DNA of 64,000 nt from Candidatus Omnitrophota bacterium (lineage in GTDB: Bacteria > Omnitrophota > Gorgyraeia > Zapsychrales > JAHFFX01): positions 1,031-65,030 of the forward strand of contig JAHFFW010000013.1 of NCBI GenBank assembly GCA_023247725.1. Direction: 5' to 3'. Shown one piece after another: positions 26,762-36,160 of this stretch (its first letter is position 1; every line of letters begins with the position of its first letter). The notes below the pieces were generated by a model. That model saw nothing but the letters and a program-made list of their open reading frames with translations, searched no databases and was not told the DNA's origin. A program made the translations under genes and the position numbers.

Positions 26762-28360
26762 CTAAATCTTCTCGAACTTCTCGCGCAAATACCGCACCAA
26801 TCCCTCCATGGGAATCCGCTCCTGCCGCATGGTGTCGCGGTCCCGCACCGTGATCTGATGGTCTTCCAAAGATTTGACATCCACGGTGACGCAATAAAAT
26901 GTCCCGACCTCATCCTGTCGACGGTAGAGTTTTCCGATCGCCGCGGTGTCATCATACACGGTCATAAAATGCTTGGAAAGATCATTCTTGATTTTCTTGG
27001 CCGTCTGCACGATCTCGCTATTCTTTTTTAGCAATGGCAGGACCGCGACTTTGATCGGAGCTAGTTGCCGGCTCAATTTCAGCACCGTGCGAGTTTCTTC
27101 CTGGACTGCCTCTTCACTGTAGGCATCCACCAAAAAGGCCAACATCGCCCGATCCACGCCTCCGGAGGGTTCAACGATATAGGGATAAAACTTTTCATTG
27201 GTCAGATTGTCCTGATAACGCAGATCCTTGCCCGAGTATTGCGCGTGTTGTTTGAGATCAAAGTCGGCGCGATTGGCGATTCCCTCCAGTTCTGACCAAC
27301 CTCCGCCAGAGGCGGATCCGCCTTTGGTGGAGAACGAAAAATTGTATTCGATGTCCGTACAGGCCTTGGCGTAATGGGCGAGTTCATCAGGGTCATGCGG
27401 CCGCAGGCGCAGATTCTCTTTCTTTATCCCCAAATCCACATACCATCGAAAGCGATGGTGAATCCATTCTTCATGAATTCGTTCGGCTTCGGAGGGAAGG
27501 CAGAAGTATTCGATTTCCATTTGCTCAAATTCGCGGGTGCGAAAGGTGTAATTTCCCGGAGTGATTTCATTGCGGAATGATTTTCCGATCTGGGCGATTC
27601 CGAAAGGAAGCCGTTTGCGGGTCGTATCGAGGACATTCAAAAAATTGACGAAGATCCCCTGGGCGGTTTCCGGCCGAAGATAAATCTTTTCCCCTGATTC
27701 TTCGACGGGACCTAAGACAGTTTTCAGCATCAAATTGGCCGCTACGTGCTCTTGCGGCAGTGAATTTCCGCAGGAAGGACAGGGGGTTTTGGCCAAACCC
27801 GCATTGTCGGAGGCGATCCTTCCCACAAAATTCTTAAAGTCGAGATTGACGCCTTGGAATTTCTCGTGCAGATCCACAATAAAGGATAGTGTGACTTCCG
27901 GATCTTTGACCAGGGCCAAATTGGGCGCCAATTCTTTGCCCTTGCCTTTCGCCCATTTTAGGAAGGCGCGAAGATCTCGGTCACCGGAACATTCCTGCAA
28001 AAGCGATTGAAACCACAGGCCCGCCCAAATTTCATCCCATATCTTATCGAGTCGAAAATATCTGCCGCAGGCCGGACATTTAACAAAAGGATCAGAAAAA
28101 TGACTGGCATGACCAGAGGCTTCCCATACCCGCGGATGCATGAGGATGCTGGTATCCAGGCCAACCACATCGTCGCGGTGATGGACGACCGCCTTCCACC
28201 ACGCGTCTTTGACGTTGCGCTTTAACTCGACCCCCAGCGGGCCATAATCCCAGGCGCTGGCCAATCCCCCATAAATTTCCGACGACTGGAAAATGAAGCC
28301 TCGGCGTTTGCACAACGAGACCACCTTTTCCATGAGATCAGCCGAACTGGATGTATTCAT
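26762..28360 (-). CDS. glyQS: glycine--tRNA ligase, alpha2 (GlyRS-1) type
   Basis: WDYGPLG, YLRPETAQGIF, FRTREFEQME, ELEGIANR, IGKLYRRQDEVGT. Confidence 0.97.
   Translation of the reverse strand: MNTSSSADLMEKVVSLCKRRGFIFQSSEIYGGLASAWDYGPLGVELKRNVKDAWWKAVVHHRDDVVGLDTSILMHPRVWEASGHASHFSDPFVKCPACGRYFRLDKIWDEIWAGLWFQSLLQECSGDRDLRAFLKWAKGKGKELAPNLALVKDPEVTLSFIVDLHEKFQGVNLDFKNFVGRIASDNAGLAKTPCPSCGNSLPQEHVAANLMLKTVLGPVEESGEKIYLRPETAQGIFVNFLNVLDTTRKRLPFGIAQIGKSFRNEITPGNYTFRTREFEQMEIEYFCLPSEAERIHEEWIHHRFRWYVDLGIKKENLRLRPHDPDELAHYAKACTDIEYNFSFSTKGGSASGGGWSELEGIANRADFDLKQHAQYSGKDLRYQDNLTNEKFYPYIVEPSGGVDRAMLAFLVDAYSEEAVQEETRTVLKLSRQLAPIKVAVLPLLKKNSEIVQTAKKIKNDLSKHFMTVYDDTAAIGKLYRRQDEVGTFYCVTVDVKSLEDHQITVRDRDTMRQERIPMEGLVRYLREKFEKI
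27301..27332. repeat. 32-bp palindromic repeat in frame inside glyQS
   Basis: CTCCGCCAGAGGCGGATCCGCCTTTGGTGGAG; encodes STKGGSASGG. Confidence 0.8.
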
Positions 28361-28458
28361 TGAGGGTTTATTCTAGCGAAAACCCTCTTAAAAAGCAAGG
28401 CCCCTCCAGGAAATGACCAAAATCCAAAGCACCAAATTCCTCAATGATCAAACGTTTG

Positions 28459-29349
28459 TCAAAGAATCGGCGAAGTTGAGCTGGCCGGCGCAGGCGGAGT
28501 TCGTGGATACAACAAATCCGCTAACCTCAGGCCATATTCCTTCGCTGCCTCCGTCATGACCTCCACCAGCGCATCATTGACCACCTGATTAAACCAACGC
28601 GCCTCTTCGGTTTCATCAATGGCGGCATATTGTTTCAATTCCTCATTCGTGGCTTGACGGTAGTCAAAAAGCATAGAAATCAGAGTCTTTTCCCGCATGC
28701 GGACTTGCGATTCCGCCTGGTAATTTTTACGAAATTCCTCGTCGGACGGAAAGGCCATCGAACCGCCGGGCTGATTGGCGTAGATCGCCTTATTGATTTG
28801 AAGGGATGTTTCGGTCTGGATCTTCAGTGTCAATTGATCGGTTTGGGTTGCCTGCAGCAGCCTTAAAATGAGGGCCACCCGCTCGGGATCCGGCGGATGC
28901 CGGGACAATTCCTCTTCAAAGGCCTTTCGTTCCTTGACGGATTCGGCACGTCCAGCCTCAATTTCCATCTGAACCATTTTTTTCGCCAGGGGTTTCTGCA
29001 TTTGCTGAATAATCAGGGAATACCGTTTGGCGTCGAAATTCTTTTTGAGATGGGCTTCAATTCCTTGAGAAAGTTTTTCCCCATTGTAAGATTCCTTGAT
29101 GATCCTCTGCATGTCCTGCGCTTGCTGTGGATTGACATTGTCCATGGATTCCATGGCGCCCGCGGCCATGAATTCCGGGGCCAGGGCGATCTGTTCTTTA
29201 AGTCCGGTGACCTGCATCAATTCTTCGATCGTCTTGGTTTGGTCATCGACGGCAAGCGGTTCCTCGGCCTGACTTTCCGCTGAATGAAAAGCCATTGGGA
29301 AGATTCCGAAAATGAAAAAGATGGCGAGAAAGACACTGGCATTTTTCAT
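28459..29349 (-). CDS. hypothetical exported protein (DUF2059-like)
   Basis: Signal peptide, helical repeats (YRQATNEELKQYAA); GAGGAG RBS. Confidence 0.65.
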   Translation of the reverse strand: MKNASVFLAIFFIFGIFPMAFHSAESQAEEPLAVDDQTKTIEELMQVTGLKEQIALAPEFMAAGAMESMDNVNPQQAQDMQRIIKESYNGEKLSQGIEAHLKKNFDAKRYSLIIQQMQKPLAKKMVQMEIEAGRAESVKERKAFEEELSRHPPDPERVALILRLLQATQTDQLTLKIQTETSLQINKAIYANQPGGSMAFPSDEEFRKNYQAESQVRMREKTLISMLFDYRQATNEELKQYAAIDETEEARWFNQVVNDALVEVMTEAAKEYGLRLADLLYPRTPPAPASSTSPIL

Positions 29350-29378
29350 GGATTTCTCCTCGAGTAATGTTGAATGAT

Positions 29379-29693
29379 CTAACCCAACCCTTTCAAAAGT
29401 TCTTCATACGTTTTGTTCATCTGCTTCATCAAAACCACGAATGCCTTGAACATGATGATGGTTAAAACGACAACAACCACCGTCCAGATGATTTTACTGT
29501 TGCGCTTCAGTTTCGGATGCGACCAGATGAGCGGCAGCATGAAAGGCCCCAGAAAAAGGAAACTCACCAACAACGAACCACCGCGGTAATACCAGCGAAC
29601 CGGCTTTTTCGTCGGATCAAGATATTCGCCGCAGTAACGGCATTTGATCGCCTCATCCTGGATTTCTTCGGCGCAGAAGGGACAGCGTTTCAT
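29379..29693 (-). CDS. zinc-ribbon domain membrane protein
   Basis: [22 protein letters not shown] then two TM helices. Confidence 0.8.
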   Translation of the reverse strand: MKRCPFCAEEIQDEAIKCRYCGEYLDPTKKPVRWYYRGGSLLVSFLFLGPFMLPLIWSHPKLKRNSKIIWTVVVVVLTIIMFKAFVVLMKQMNKTYEELLKGLG

Positions 29694-29729
29694 CGTCTAT
29701 GAGAGAAGGGGAATTCTGTTAATTCAAAT

Positions 29730-29934
29730 AGGTGTAGGGTCTAGTACACTGTAACAAAAGTTATTGTAGCAAATCAGCGGGTCCTGTCCCTGCGGCACCC
29801 TTCCCGTGCTCGTCTCCTGCGCGCGGGAAGGGGACCCGCCTCCGGGCCACCCGCTGGTGCAGAAATTAATGTTACAGTGTACTAGGGTGAAGGGTTTATT
29901 TAATCCTAAACCCTCGACCCTTAACCCTGCACCC
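29730..29934. repeat. 7-nt inverted tandem array (AGGGTNN/NNACCCT) interrupted by a MITE
   Basis: AGGTGT AGGGTCT[MITE]AGGGTGA AGGGTTT ... AATCCT AAACCCT CGACCCT TAACCCT GCACCC. Confidence 0.7.
29741..29885. mobile_element. non-autonomous MITE with terminal inverted repeats and CTAG ends
   Basis: Perfect 16-bp IR CTAGTACACTGTAACA (29741-29756) / TGTTACAGTGTACTAG (29870-29885); GC-rich internal hairpins. Confidence 0.8.
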
Positions 29935-29946
29935 ATTGCATCCGTG

Positions 29947-30792
29947 CTATGAGGCGTTATCTATGAGCTTCTTTAGCTCTTCTTTATTCATCCCATAACT
30001 GTATTTCCTCGTCGGGAATTTTCCCAAACGCACCTCATCGCCATATCGCTTCACGGCCTTCGTAATGAGCGGTGAGAGATTCACATATGGCTTGACGAAC
30101 TTCGGGTGGAAGCCTTCGCACAGCCCCAGCACATCGTGCAGGACCAGGACCTGGCCATCGCAATGAGGGCCGGCTCCGATTCCGATCGTGGGAATTTTAA
30201 GTTTGGCCGTAATCATCTCGGCCAGCCGGTCCGGAATGCATTCTAAAACCACACTAAAGCAGCCGCTTCGTTCCAATTCCTTTGCGTTCGCCAAAATCGC
30301 CTTAGCCGAAAGGGCATCTTGGCCCTGCACCTTGAACCCGCCGAGTTTATCCGCGGTTTGCGGCGTTAATCCCACATGACCCATGACCGGGATCCCGCTT
30401 TTCACGATCCCTTCCGCCACCGACGGACAGTGTTCAAACCATTCGAGCTTGACGGCATCACAGCCGGCTTCTTGAATGAACCGTTGCGCATTTTTAAGGG
30501 CTTCTCGAGGATGTTGCTGATAGGACGAATACGGCATATCACCAACAAGAAAAGCCTTTTTGACCGCACGGCGCACAGCCCTTGCATGATGCAGCATCTG
30601 TTCCATATTGACGTCGCGCGTTTCTTCCAATCCCAAAACCACCTGCGCCAAAGAATCTCCGACGAGAATGATATCAATGCCGGCGGCGTCCAGCAACGCT
30701 GCGAAAGGATAATCGTAGGCCGTGAGCATGGTGATCTTCTCCCGCCGCTTTTTTTTATTAAGAATGCTGCTCATCGTTGGACGACGACTCAT
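29947..30792 (-). CDS. panB: 3-methyl-2-oxobutanoate hydroxymethyltransferase
   Basis: MLTAYDY, ILVGDSL, GHVGLTPQ, IGIGAG..CDGQVLV. Confidence 0.96.
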   Translation of the reverse strand: MSRRPTMSSILNKKKRREKITMLTAYDYPFAALLDAAGIDIILVGDSLAQVVLGLEETRDVNMEQMLHHARAVRRAVKKAFLVGDMPYSSYQQHPREALKNAQRFIQEAGCDAVKLEWFEHCPSVAEGIVKSGIPVMGHVGLTPQTADKLGGFKVQGQDALSAKAILANAKELERSGCFSVVLECIPDRLAEMITAKLKIPTIGIGAGPHCDGQVLVLHDVLGLCEGFHPKFVKPYVNLSPLITKAVKRYGDEVRLGKFPTRKYSYGMNKEELKKLIDNAS

Positions 30793-30795
30793 GGA

Positions 30796-32142
30796 TCAGG
30801 TGCAAAAAAATTTCATAATATTGTGCGCCGCTTTTTTTCCGGCGGCGAGGGCATCAATGACCGATCCCCCGTTTAACGGAGAAACGGCAAAGACATTTTT
30901 GATGGAGGTCATGCCCGTCAAATCATTGATCCCAATTTTTCCCGTCGGGTCTACGTGCAAGCCTTCGATGACCCGGCCAAGCCAGGCGTTGGTCGAGGCT
31001 GCCGTTGCCAAAATCACCGTGTCGGCCTCGATGGTAAATTCCGACCCATCGACCGGAATCAATTGCCATTCCCCCGTTGACTGGGGATCGGCAAAATCCA
31101 TGCGGATGCATTGGACACCTTGGACAAATTTTCGCTCGTCGCCAACCAATCCAATCGCCTTGGCCAGCGGTTCCATCCTGACTCCTTCTTCTTTGGCATA
31201 ATCTTTTTCGGATAGGCGCCCGGGAAACTCGTCTTCGGTCTTTTCAAAAATGACCGTCGCGCTTTTTCCCAAACGAACGGCGACGCGGCCGCAGTCAAGC
31301 GCCGGCATGCCCTGTCCGATCACGGCCACGCGTCCACCGAACGGCAAAGACAAGTTCCGCAAATTTCCCGTCGACAAAAGAAAATTAACTCGGCTCAAGA
31401 ATTCCGGAGCATAAAAAACTCCGCCCAAATCCTGACCGGGCAATCCATCGAGCAACGAACTGCCGGCACCGGTGGCCAATAAAATCGCGGCAAAGCCTTC
31501 CCTCCATAAGTCAGGCAAAAACATGGTCCCGCCGAGAAAGGCATGGGGGCGAAACTGTACTCCCAATTTCGTGAGCGCCTGCGACTGTTTACCTAAAATT
31601 CTTTTGGGTACACGAAATTCCGGAACTCCAAAGGCCAGTAAACCGCCAACGTTTGCAGTGGATTCAAAAACCGTGACGTTGTAACCATGGAGTGCAAGCT
31701 GGGCGGCCGCCGCCATGCCCGAGGCGCCCGCGCCAATGACCGCAATCTTTTTATCGACGGAGCGGGCGCTATCTAACGACCGGTCACGGCCAGTTTCGGC
31801 GGCGTAGCGTTCCAAGGCCTGGATTCCGATGGGCCCTCCTTCCTCTCTTAAAACGCAAGCTTTTTCGCAGGGTGCGGGGCAGATCCGTCCGCAGATCGAC
31901 GCAAAAAGATTCTTCTCTTTAATAATGGCCAGCGCCCGGTCCGGTTCATTCTCGCGGATCGCCCGAATAAATCCCGGGATGTCGATTCCCAAAGGACAGG
32001 CAAAACTGCAAACCGGATTGGCGCACTGAGTGCAGCGCCGGGCCTCTTGCAGGGCTATTTTTTTCGGATACCCGAGAGCCACTTCGTCAAAGTTCTTGAC
32101 TCGGCGGCTGGCGCTCTGAGTTGGGAGGGCTGGTTGTCCCAT
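30796..32142 (-). CDS. NfnB/GltD-like FeS flavoprotein (divergent)
   Basis: EARRCTQCANPVCSFACP, CGRICPAPCEKAC, GAGASG; second nucleotide-binding motif reads GQGMPALD. Confidence 0.8.
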   Translation of the reverse strand: MGQPALPTQSASRRVKNFDEVALGYPKKIALQEARRCTQCANPVCSFACPLGIDIPGFIRAIRENEPDRALAIIKEKNLFASICGRICPAPCEKACVLREEGGPIGIQALERYAAETGRDRSLDSARSVDKKIAVIGAGASGMAAAAQLALHGYNVTVFESTANVGGLLAFGVPEFRVPKRILGKQSQALTKLGVQFRPHAFLGGTMFLPDLWREGFAAILLATGAGSSLLDGLPGQDLGGVFYAPEFLSRVNFLLSTGNLRNLSLPFGGRVAVIGQGMPALDCGRVAVRLGKSATVIFEKTEDEFPGRLSEKDYAKEEGVRMEPLAKAIGLVGDERKFVQGVQCIRMDFADPQSTGEWQLIPVDGSEFTIEADTVILATAASTNAWLGRVIEGLHVDPTGKIGINDLTGMTSIKNVFAVSPLNGGSVIDALAAGKKAAHNIMKFFCT

Positions 32143-32960
32143 GATGTGACTCGCGGTTGTGAGTTATACATCTCCGGTTTGTAGGAATCCACCCGGATTT
32201 TTAAAGCATCAAAATCGACTTGATGAGCGTCGAAAACGGGTCCGTCCTGACAAGCCAGAACCGTTCGACCGCCGACCTTCACCCGGCAGGACCCGCAAAA
32301 ACCATTTCCGTCGAGCATAATCGGATTTAAATAGGCAAAGGTCGGAATATTCTTTGCTTTGGTAAGGGCGCTCACGGTCTGCATCATGGAAATAGAACCG
32401 GCCACAAAGGCGGCCTGGATATTTTCCGTTTTTAAAATGTCTTTGCAAAGATCCGAAGCCAACCCCCTTTTCATATAAGAGCCATCTTTTGTCGCGACAT
32501 GAATCTTGTGGCAAAGCATGCGCATCTGGGGTTCAAATAATAAAGTCCGGCGATTGGGCGCTCCTAAAATTCCAATCACCTTATTGCCGACATCTTTCAA
32601 ACCCCGGGCAATCGGCAAAATGGGCGCCGTCCCTAAACTCGTTGCCATGCAAAGGACCGTTCCGAATTTTTTGGGACGCACGGGGGTTCCGAGAGGTCCC
32701 ATTACGATTTCGACTTCATCATTGATTTGCAAATCGCCCAATTTTAGCGCCGTCGGAGAATTCGCTTGAAAGACAAAGGCAACCGAGGCCTTGCGGCGAT
32801 CCTGCTCGGCAATGGGCAGGGCCAACGGCTCGCAGGCGCGATCGGGCGCGACCATCACAAACTGTCCGGGCTGGGCCCGGGCCGCGATCGCGGGCGCGTG
32901 GATGTCGAGACGTTTGATCGTAGGGCTGATGAGTTGTTTATTGAGGACTTTAAAGCTCAT
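32055..32960 (-). CDS. NfnA/PyrK-like [2Fe-2S] FAD/NAD-binding subunit
   Basis: AQPGQFV, MGPLG, DGS, MLDGNGFCGSCRV...ACQDGPVF. Confidence 0.82.
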   Translation of the reverse strand: MSFKVLNKQLISPTIKRLDIHAPAIAARAQPGQFVMVAPDRACEPLALPIAEQDRRKASVAFVFQANSPTALKLGDLQINDEVEIVMGPLGTPVRPKKFGTVLCMATSLGTAPILPIARGLKDVGNKVIGILGAPNRRTLLFEPQMRMLCHKIHVATKDGSYMKRGLASDLCKDILKTENIQAAFVAGSISMMQTVSALTKAKNIPTFAYLNPIMLDGNGFCGSCRVKVGGRTVLACQDGPVFDAHQVDFDALKIRVDSYKPEMYNSQPRVTSWDNQPSQLRAPAAESRTLTKWLSGIRKK

Positions 32961-33096
32961 GGCTCATAGCTGATAGCTCATGAAGAAAGTGAGCGTTTCA
33001 CCGATGCAATCAGGCCCGAAAGCATTTTACCGATTTCATCACCAAAATTTCGCAAATTATTCAAGTCCCCTTCCTGAATCCAATTTTTTCTATGAA

Positions 33097-34824
33097 TTAC
33101 TTAAAATTTTTCAATAACACGTTAACGCCCAAGCAATTCACCACGCTCTGTGCTGACAACCAGCCCCGACGGGCCAGGCTTACCCCAAACTTGACGAGTG
33201 GCAAATGATTGATGGAATGAGAGTCGGTATTGATCATGAATTTCACTCCCATCGACCGGGCAAAATAAATGTTGGCCGAATCCAGATCCAGCCGATTCGG
33301 GAATGAATTGATCTCCAAACAGGTGTTCGTATCCGCGGCCACCTTATAGATCTCTGGGAAATCGAAATCCATGGGATCGCGTTTGCCGATGAGTCGCCCC
33401 GTCGGGTGACCGATGGCTTGGACATATTTGTTTTTGCAGGCGTTGATCACGCGGCGGGTTAATTTTTCTTTTGGCTGTTCAAATCCGCTATGAATGGAGG
33501 CAATGACAATATCAAATTCACTGAGGATCTGATCGTTGTAATCGAGGTTTCCCTCGGTGTCAATTTCCAATTCTGTGCCAAACAAGATGCGAAAATTTTT
33601 CATTTTGGCATTGAGGCTATCGATTTCCTTCTTCTTTTTCTTTAAATCCTGCGGCGAAAGGCCGCCGGCAATTTTGAGTTTAGCGGAATGATCGCTCACC
33701 GCCAGATATTCATATCCACGGGCCTGAGCCGCCTTGGCCATCTCTTCAATCGTGTTACGTCCGTCGGACCAGGTGGAATGCACGTGCAGGTCTCCTTTGA
33801 TGTCCCCCAGTTCAATCAGTTTCGGGATCTGCACACCCTTGGGGTTGAAAAGCTCTGCCTCACCGATGTCTTCGCGCAATTCTGGCGTAATATAGGGAAG
33901 CTCTAGGGCCTTAAAGCATTCGGCCTCAGTTTTGCCGGCGAGGAAAATTTCTTTAGCTCCATTGACCTTGAAGATACCATATTCACTGACCTTCATCTTT
34001 TTCTTCATGGCCATCTGGCGCAACTTTACGTTGAAATTCTTCGAACCCGTGAAATACAAAAGCGCCGCGCCAAAACATTTTGGCTCAACCACGCGCACGT
34101 CGACTTGCACGTTTTCATACGTCCGGATGGATGACTTGGTTTCCCCATGGGCATTGATGGCCTTGACCGCCGGAAGATGGATGAAATACTCCATGACTTT
34201 TTTCGGCTGGGGCGAATCAATGAGGATGTCGATGTCGCGGATGGTTTCTTTCTGGCGGCGCAGACTGCCGGCGGCGGCGATCTGCTTGACCTCGGGCAAT
34301 TTTTTTAATGCTTCCACGAAAAGCTCGGCGGTCGCGGTGGCGATGCCTAAATCCATCCGCTCGTTGCTCTGTTGAACAATCTTCAGCCCGCGTTTGATAT
34401 TTTCAATCGTCTTGTCTTTGATTCCGGGAAGTCCGACGAGTTTGCCTTTCTCCAAAGCCAAGGTTAACTCGCCGACGCTTTTGATGCCGAGACGATCGAA
34501 AAAAAGTTTCGCTTTTTTAGGGCCGAGGGTGGGGATAGTCACGACATCCAGAAGGGTTTCAGGAATTTCCTTCGTCAATTCTTCGTAGGCGCTGACCCTT
34601 CCTGTTTTCAAATATTCTTTGATCTTCTGTGCAAGCGTGGCACCGATTCCGGGGATTTCGTTCAAACGATTTTCCAGCGCTAACGTTTGGATATTTTCTC
34701 CGGTTGCGGCAATCGCCTCGGCGGCCTTGTAATAGGCCCGGACCTTGAAGAAATTCTCATCCTTGATTTCCAGGAGGGTTCCAAAACGCTGCAGCAAATT
34801 GGCGATTTCGTGGTTCTTTGACAT
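33097..34824 (-). CDS. polX: DNA polymerase X with PHP domain
   Basis: AGSLRRQKETIRDIDIL, YFTGSK, GDLHVHSTWSDG, HPTGR, NTDSH. Confidence 0.95.
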   Translation of the reverse strand: MSKNHEIANLLQRFGTLLEIKDENFFKVRAYYKAAEAIAATGENIQTLALENRLNEIPGIGATLAQKIKEYLKTGRVSAYEELTKEIPETLLDVVTIPTLGPKKAKLFFDRLGIKSVGELTLALEKGKLVGLPGIKDKTIENIKRGLKIVQQSNERMDLGIATATAELFVEALKKLPEVKQIAAAGSLRRQKETIRDIDILIDSPQPKKVMEYFIHLPAVKAINAHGETKSSIRTYENVQVDVRVVEPKCFGAALLYFTGSKNFNVKLRQMAMKKKMKVSEYGIFKVNGAKEIFLAGKTEAECFKALELPYITPELREDIGEAELFNPKGVQIPKLIELGDIKGDLHVHSTWSDGRNTIEEMAKAAQARGYEYLAVSDHSAKLKIAGGLSPQDLKKKKKEIDSLNAKMKNFRILFGTELEIDTEGNLDYNDQILSEFDIVIASIHSGFEQPKEKLTRRVINACKNKYVQAIGHPTGRLIGKRDPMDFDFPEIYKVAADTNTCLEINSFPNRLDLDSANIYFARSMGVKFMINTDSHSINHLPLVKFGVSLARRGWLSAQSVVNCLGVNVLLKNFK

Positions 34825-34836
34825 CCGAGGTCCTTT

Positions 34837-34951
34837 TTCCGCTTTCCGCTATTGGCTATCAGCTTTCGGCAACAGCAGACATCGCATGAGCTGACAGCTA
34901 AATGCTGATGGCCGATAGCGGAAAGCCGATAGCCGAATGCTGACAGCCGAT
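34837..34951. repeat. 7-nt inverted tandem array (AGCYGAN)
   Basis: TTCCGCT TTCCGCT ATTGGCT ATCAGCT TTCGGCA / AGCTGAC AGCTAAA TGCTGAT GGCCGAT AGCGGAA AGCCGAT AGCCGAA TGCTGAC AGCCGAT. Confidence 0.85.
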
Positions 34952-35578
34952 TTATCGATTCCATTCCCCGTGGTGAAAGCCTGGTCGCCGAAAATTATTC
35001 TGGCAGTGGGCATCGCAACATTCGAATCGCTTCTGGCGCAAAAGTTTTTTCCAGCATAAATCCTTGATCTTCGGATCAGAAATCCGTTGGTCACAGATCG
35101 ACTCATCACTCAATGATCCAGCTAGGCCCGCGTAACAGCGCTCGCGTTGGGAATTGGACCGGATCCCGTCGCACATGGCGATATTTCGAGTTTGTTGCGC
35201 CACCTTTTGGATGCAGCGGCTTTTGTTAATCCCCTCGGGAATCTCGGAACAAAGGGCGGTGTCATTGTTTTGAAGAGCGGCGCGGCTAAAGCATTCACTG
35301 CGATTTTGCTTGTCGGTAAGGCGCGAGCAGAGTCCCGGCTCAATTGCGGGGCCTGTGCCTATTTCATTGCGTTGATCGCGATCGAATCGATGACGCTGCT
35401 TCTTGGAAGATATCTCGTTCGCTGGATTTTGTTCTTCGTAAAGCAAACGGCTCTGTTGGCCGGTGATCGTATCGGTATCCGAAACAGAAGTGCGCACGAC
35501 CGCAAAGACAGCTTGATCCGAAGCAGGGATGGAAAAAAGAATAAAAAGGGTACTAAAGAAAATAGTTTTTCTAAGCAT
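34952..35578 (-). CDS. exported protein with about 26-aa Cys-pair repeats
   Basis: GGAGG RBS, signal peptide, repeated C..I......C...A....D...C units. Confidence 0.7.
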   Translation of the reverse strand: MLRKTIFFSTLFILFSIPASDQAVFAVVRTSVSDTDTITGQQSRLLYEEQNPANEISSKKQRHRFDRDQRNEIGTGPAIEPGLCSRLTDKQNRSECFSRAALQNNDTALCSEIPEGINKSRCIQKVAQQTRNIAMCDGIRSNSQRERCYAGLAGSLSDESICDQRISDPKIKDLCWKKLLRQKRFECCDAHCQNNFRRPGFHHGEWNR

Positions 35579-35755
35579 ATCGCCTCCTTCTATGTTCGAA
35601 AAGGTCCGCGTGATGAGCTTGAACGCCATGCCAAAAAAGCACCAGGGCCCTTCCCCTTCCGCGGGCGGCGGCCCACCCGGCGTTAAGGCGAACTGGGCCG
35701 CCGCCCATAGCGCGTACTTATCATACCATGTCTGAAAATCGATAAAATTTTTTAG

Positions 35756-36160
35756 TTATAGATTGGACTCTAATTGAGAAAGGAGGCTTTGCCGCGGAAC
35801 CGTGATCCTTTCTTGAGCGGTTTTTTGCAAAGATGGAGGATCCATAGGCGCGGCGTCTCTGTTTGACGTTAAAGTAATTGGCAAGTGGCAGCCTTGCCGA
35901 TCGTCCCAGGATTTTCCCTGCGGACAGGAGCAAACAAAATACTCGCCTTCCAGTGCAGTCCTATGAGTGGGTTTTTTGCTGAAGATGGGGACGCCATGCA
36001 ATACCTGCCCGCCGGAAATTCGACATAATGCCTGATTTTGCTCCAAGTGAATGCGGCTCATCAAAGGAAAAAGCGCAAACCGGATGAGGATTCCCAGACA
36101 ACAGCAGAAGATAAAAATTCTCAACAGCTGTCCTTTTTGGTATGTGTTCCCCAATGTCAA
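35756..36160 (-). CDS. hypothetical membrane-anchored Cys-containing protein
   Basis: TM helix, CSCPQGKSWDDRQGC; overlaps the PAP2 stop. Confidence 0.5.
   Translation of the reverse strand: MTLGNTYQKGQLLRIFIFCCCLGILIRFALFPLMSRIHLEQNQALCRISGGQVLHGVPIFSKKPTHRTALEGEYFVCSCPQGKSWDDRQGCHLPITLTSNRDAAPMDPPSLQKTAQERITVPRQSLLSQLESNL

Noticed and set aside
27770-28060. Long insertion between the two CxxC motifs of GlyRS (possible intein)
   Set aside because: No intein terminal motifs; this GlyRS-1 insertion domain is known to vary in length
29724-29936. Short ORFs over repeat arrays (also 18844-19092, 34680-34964, 41276-41458, 59886-60068)
   Set aside because: They are translations of heptamer arrays, the MITE or tandem repeats, not credible genes
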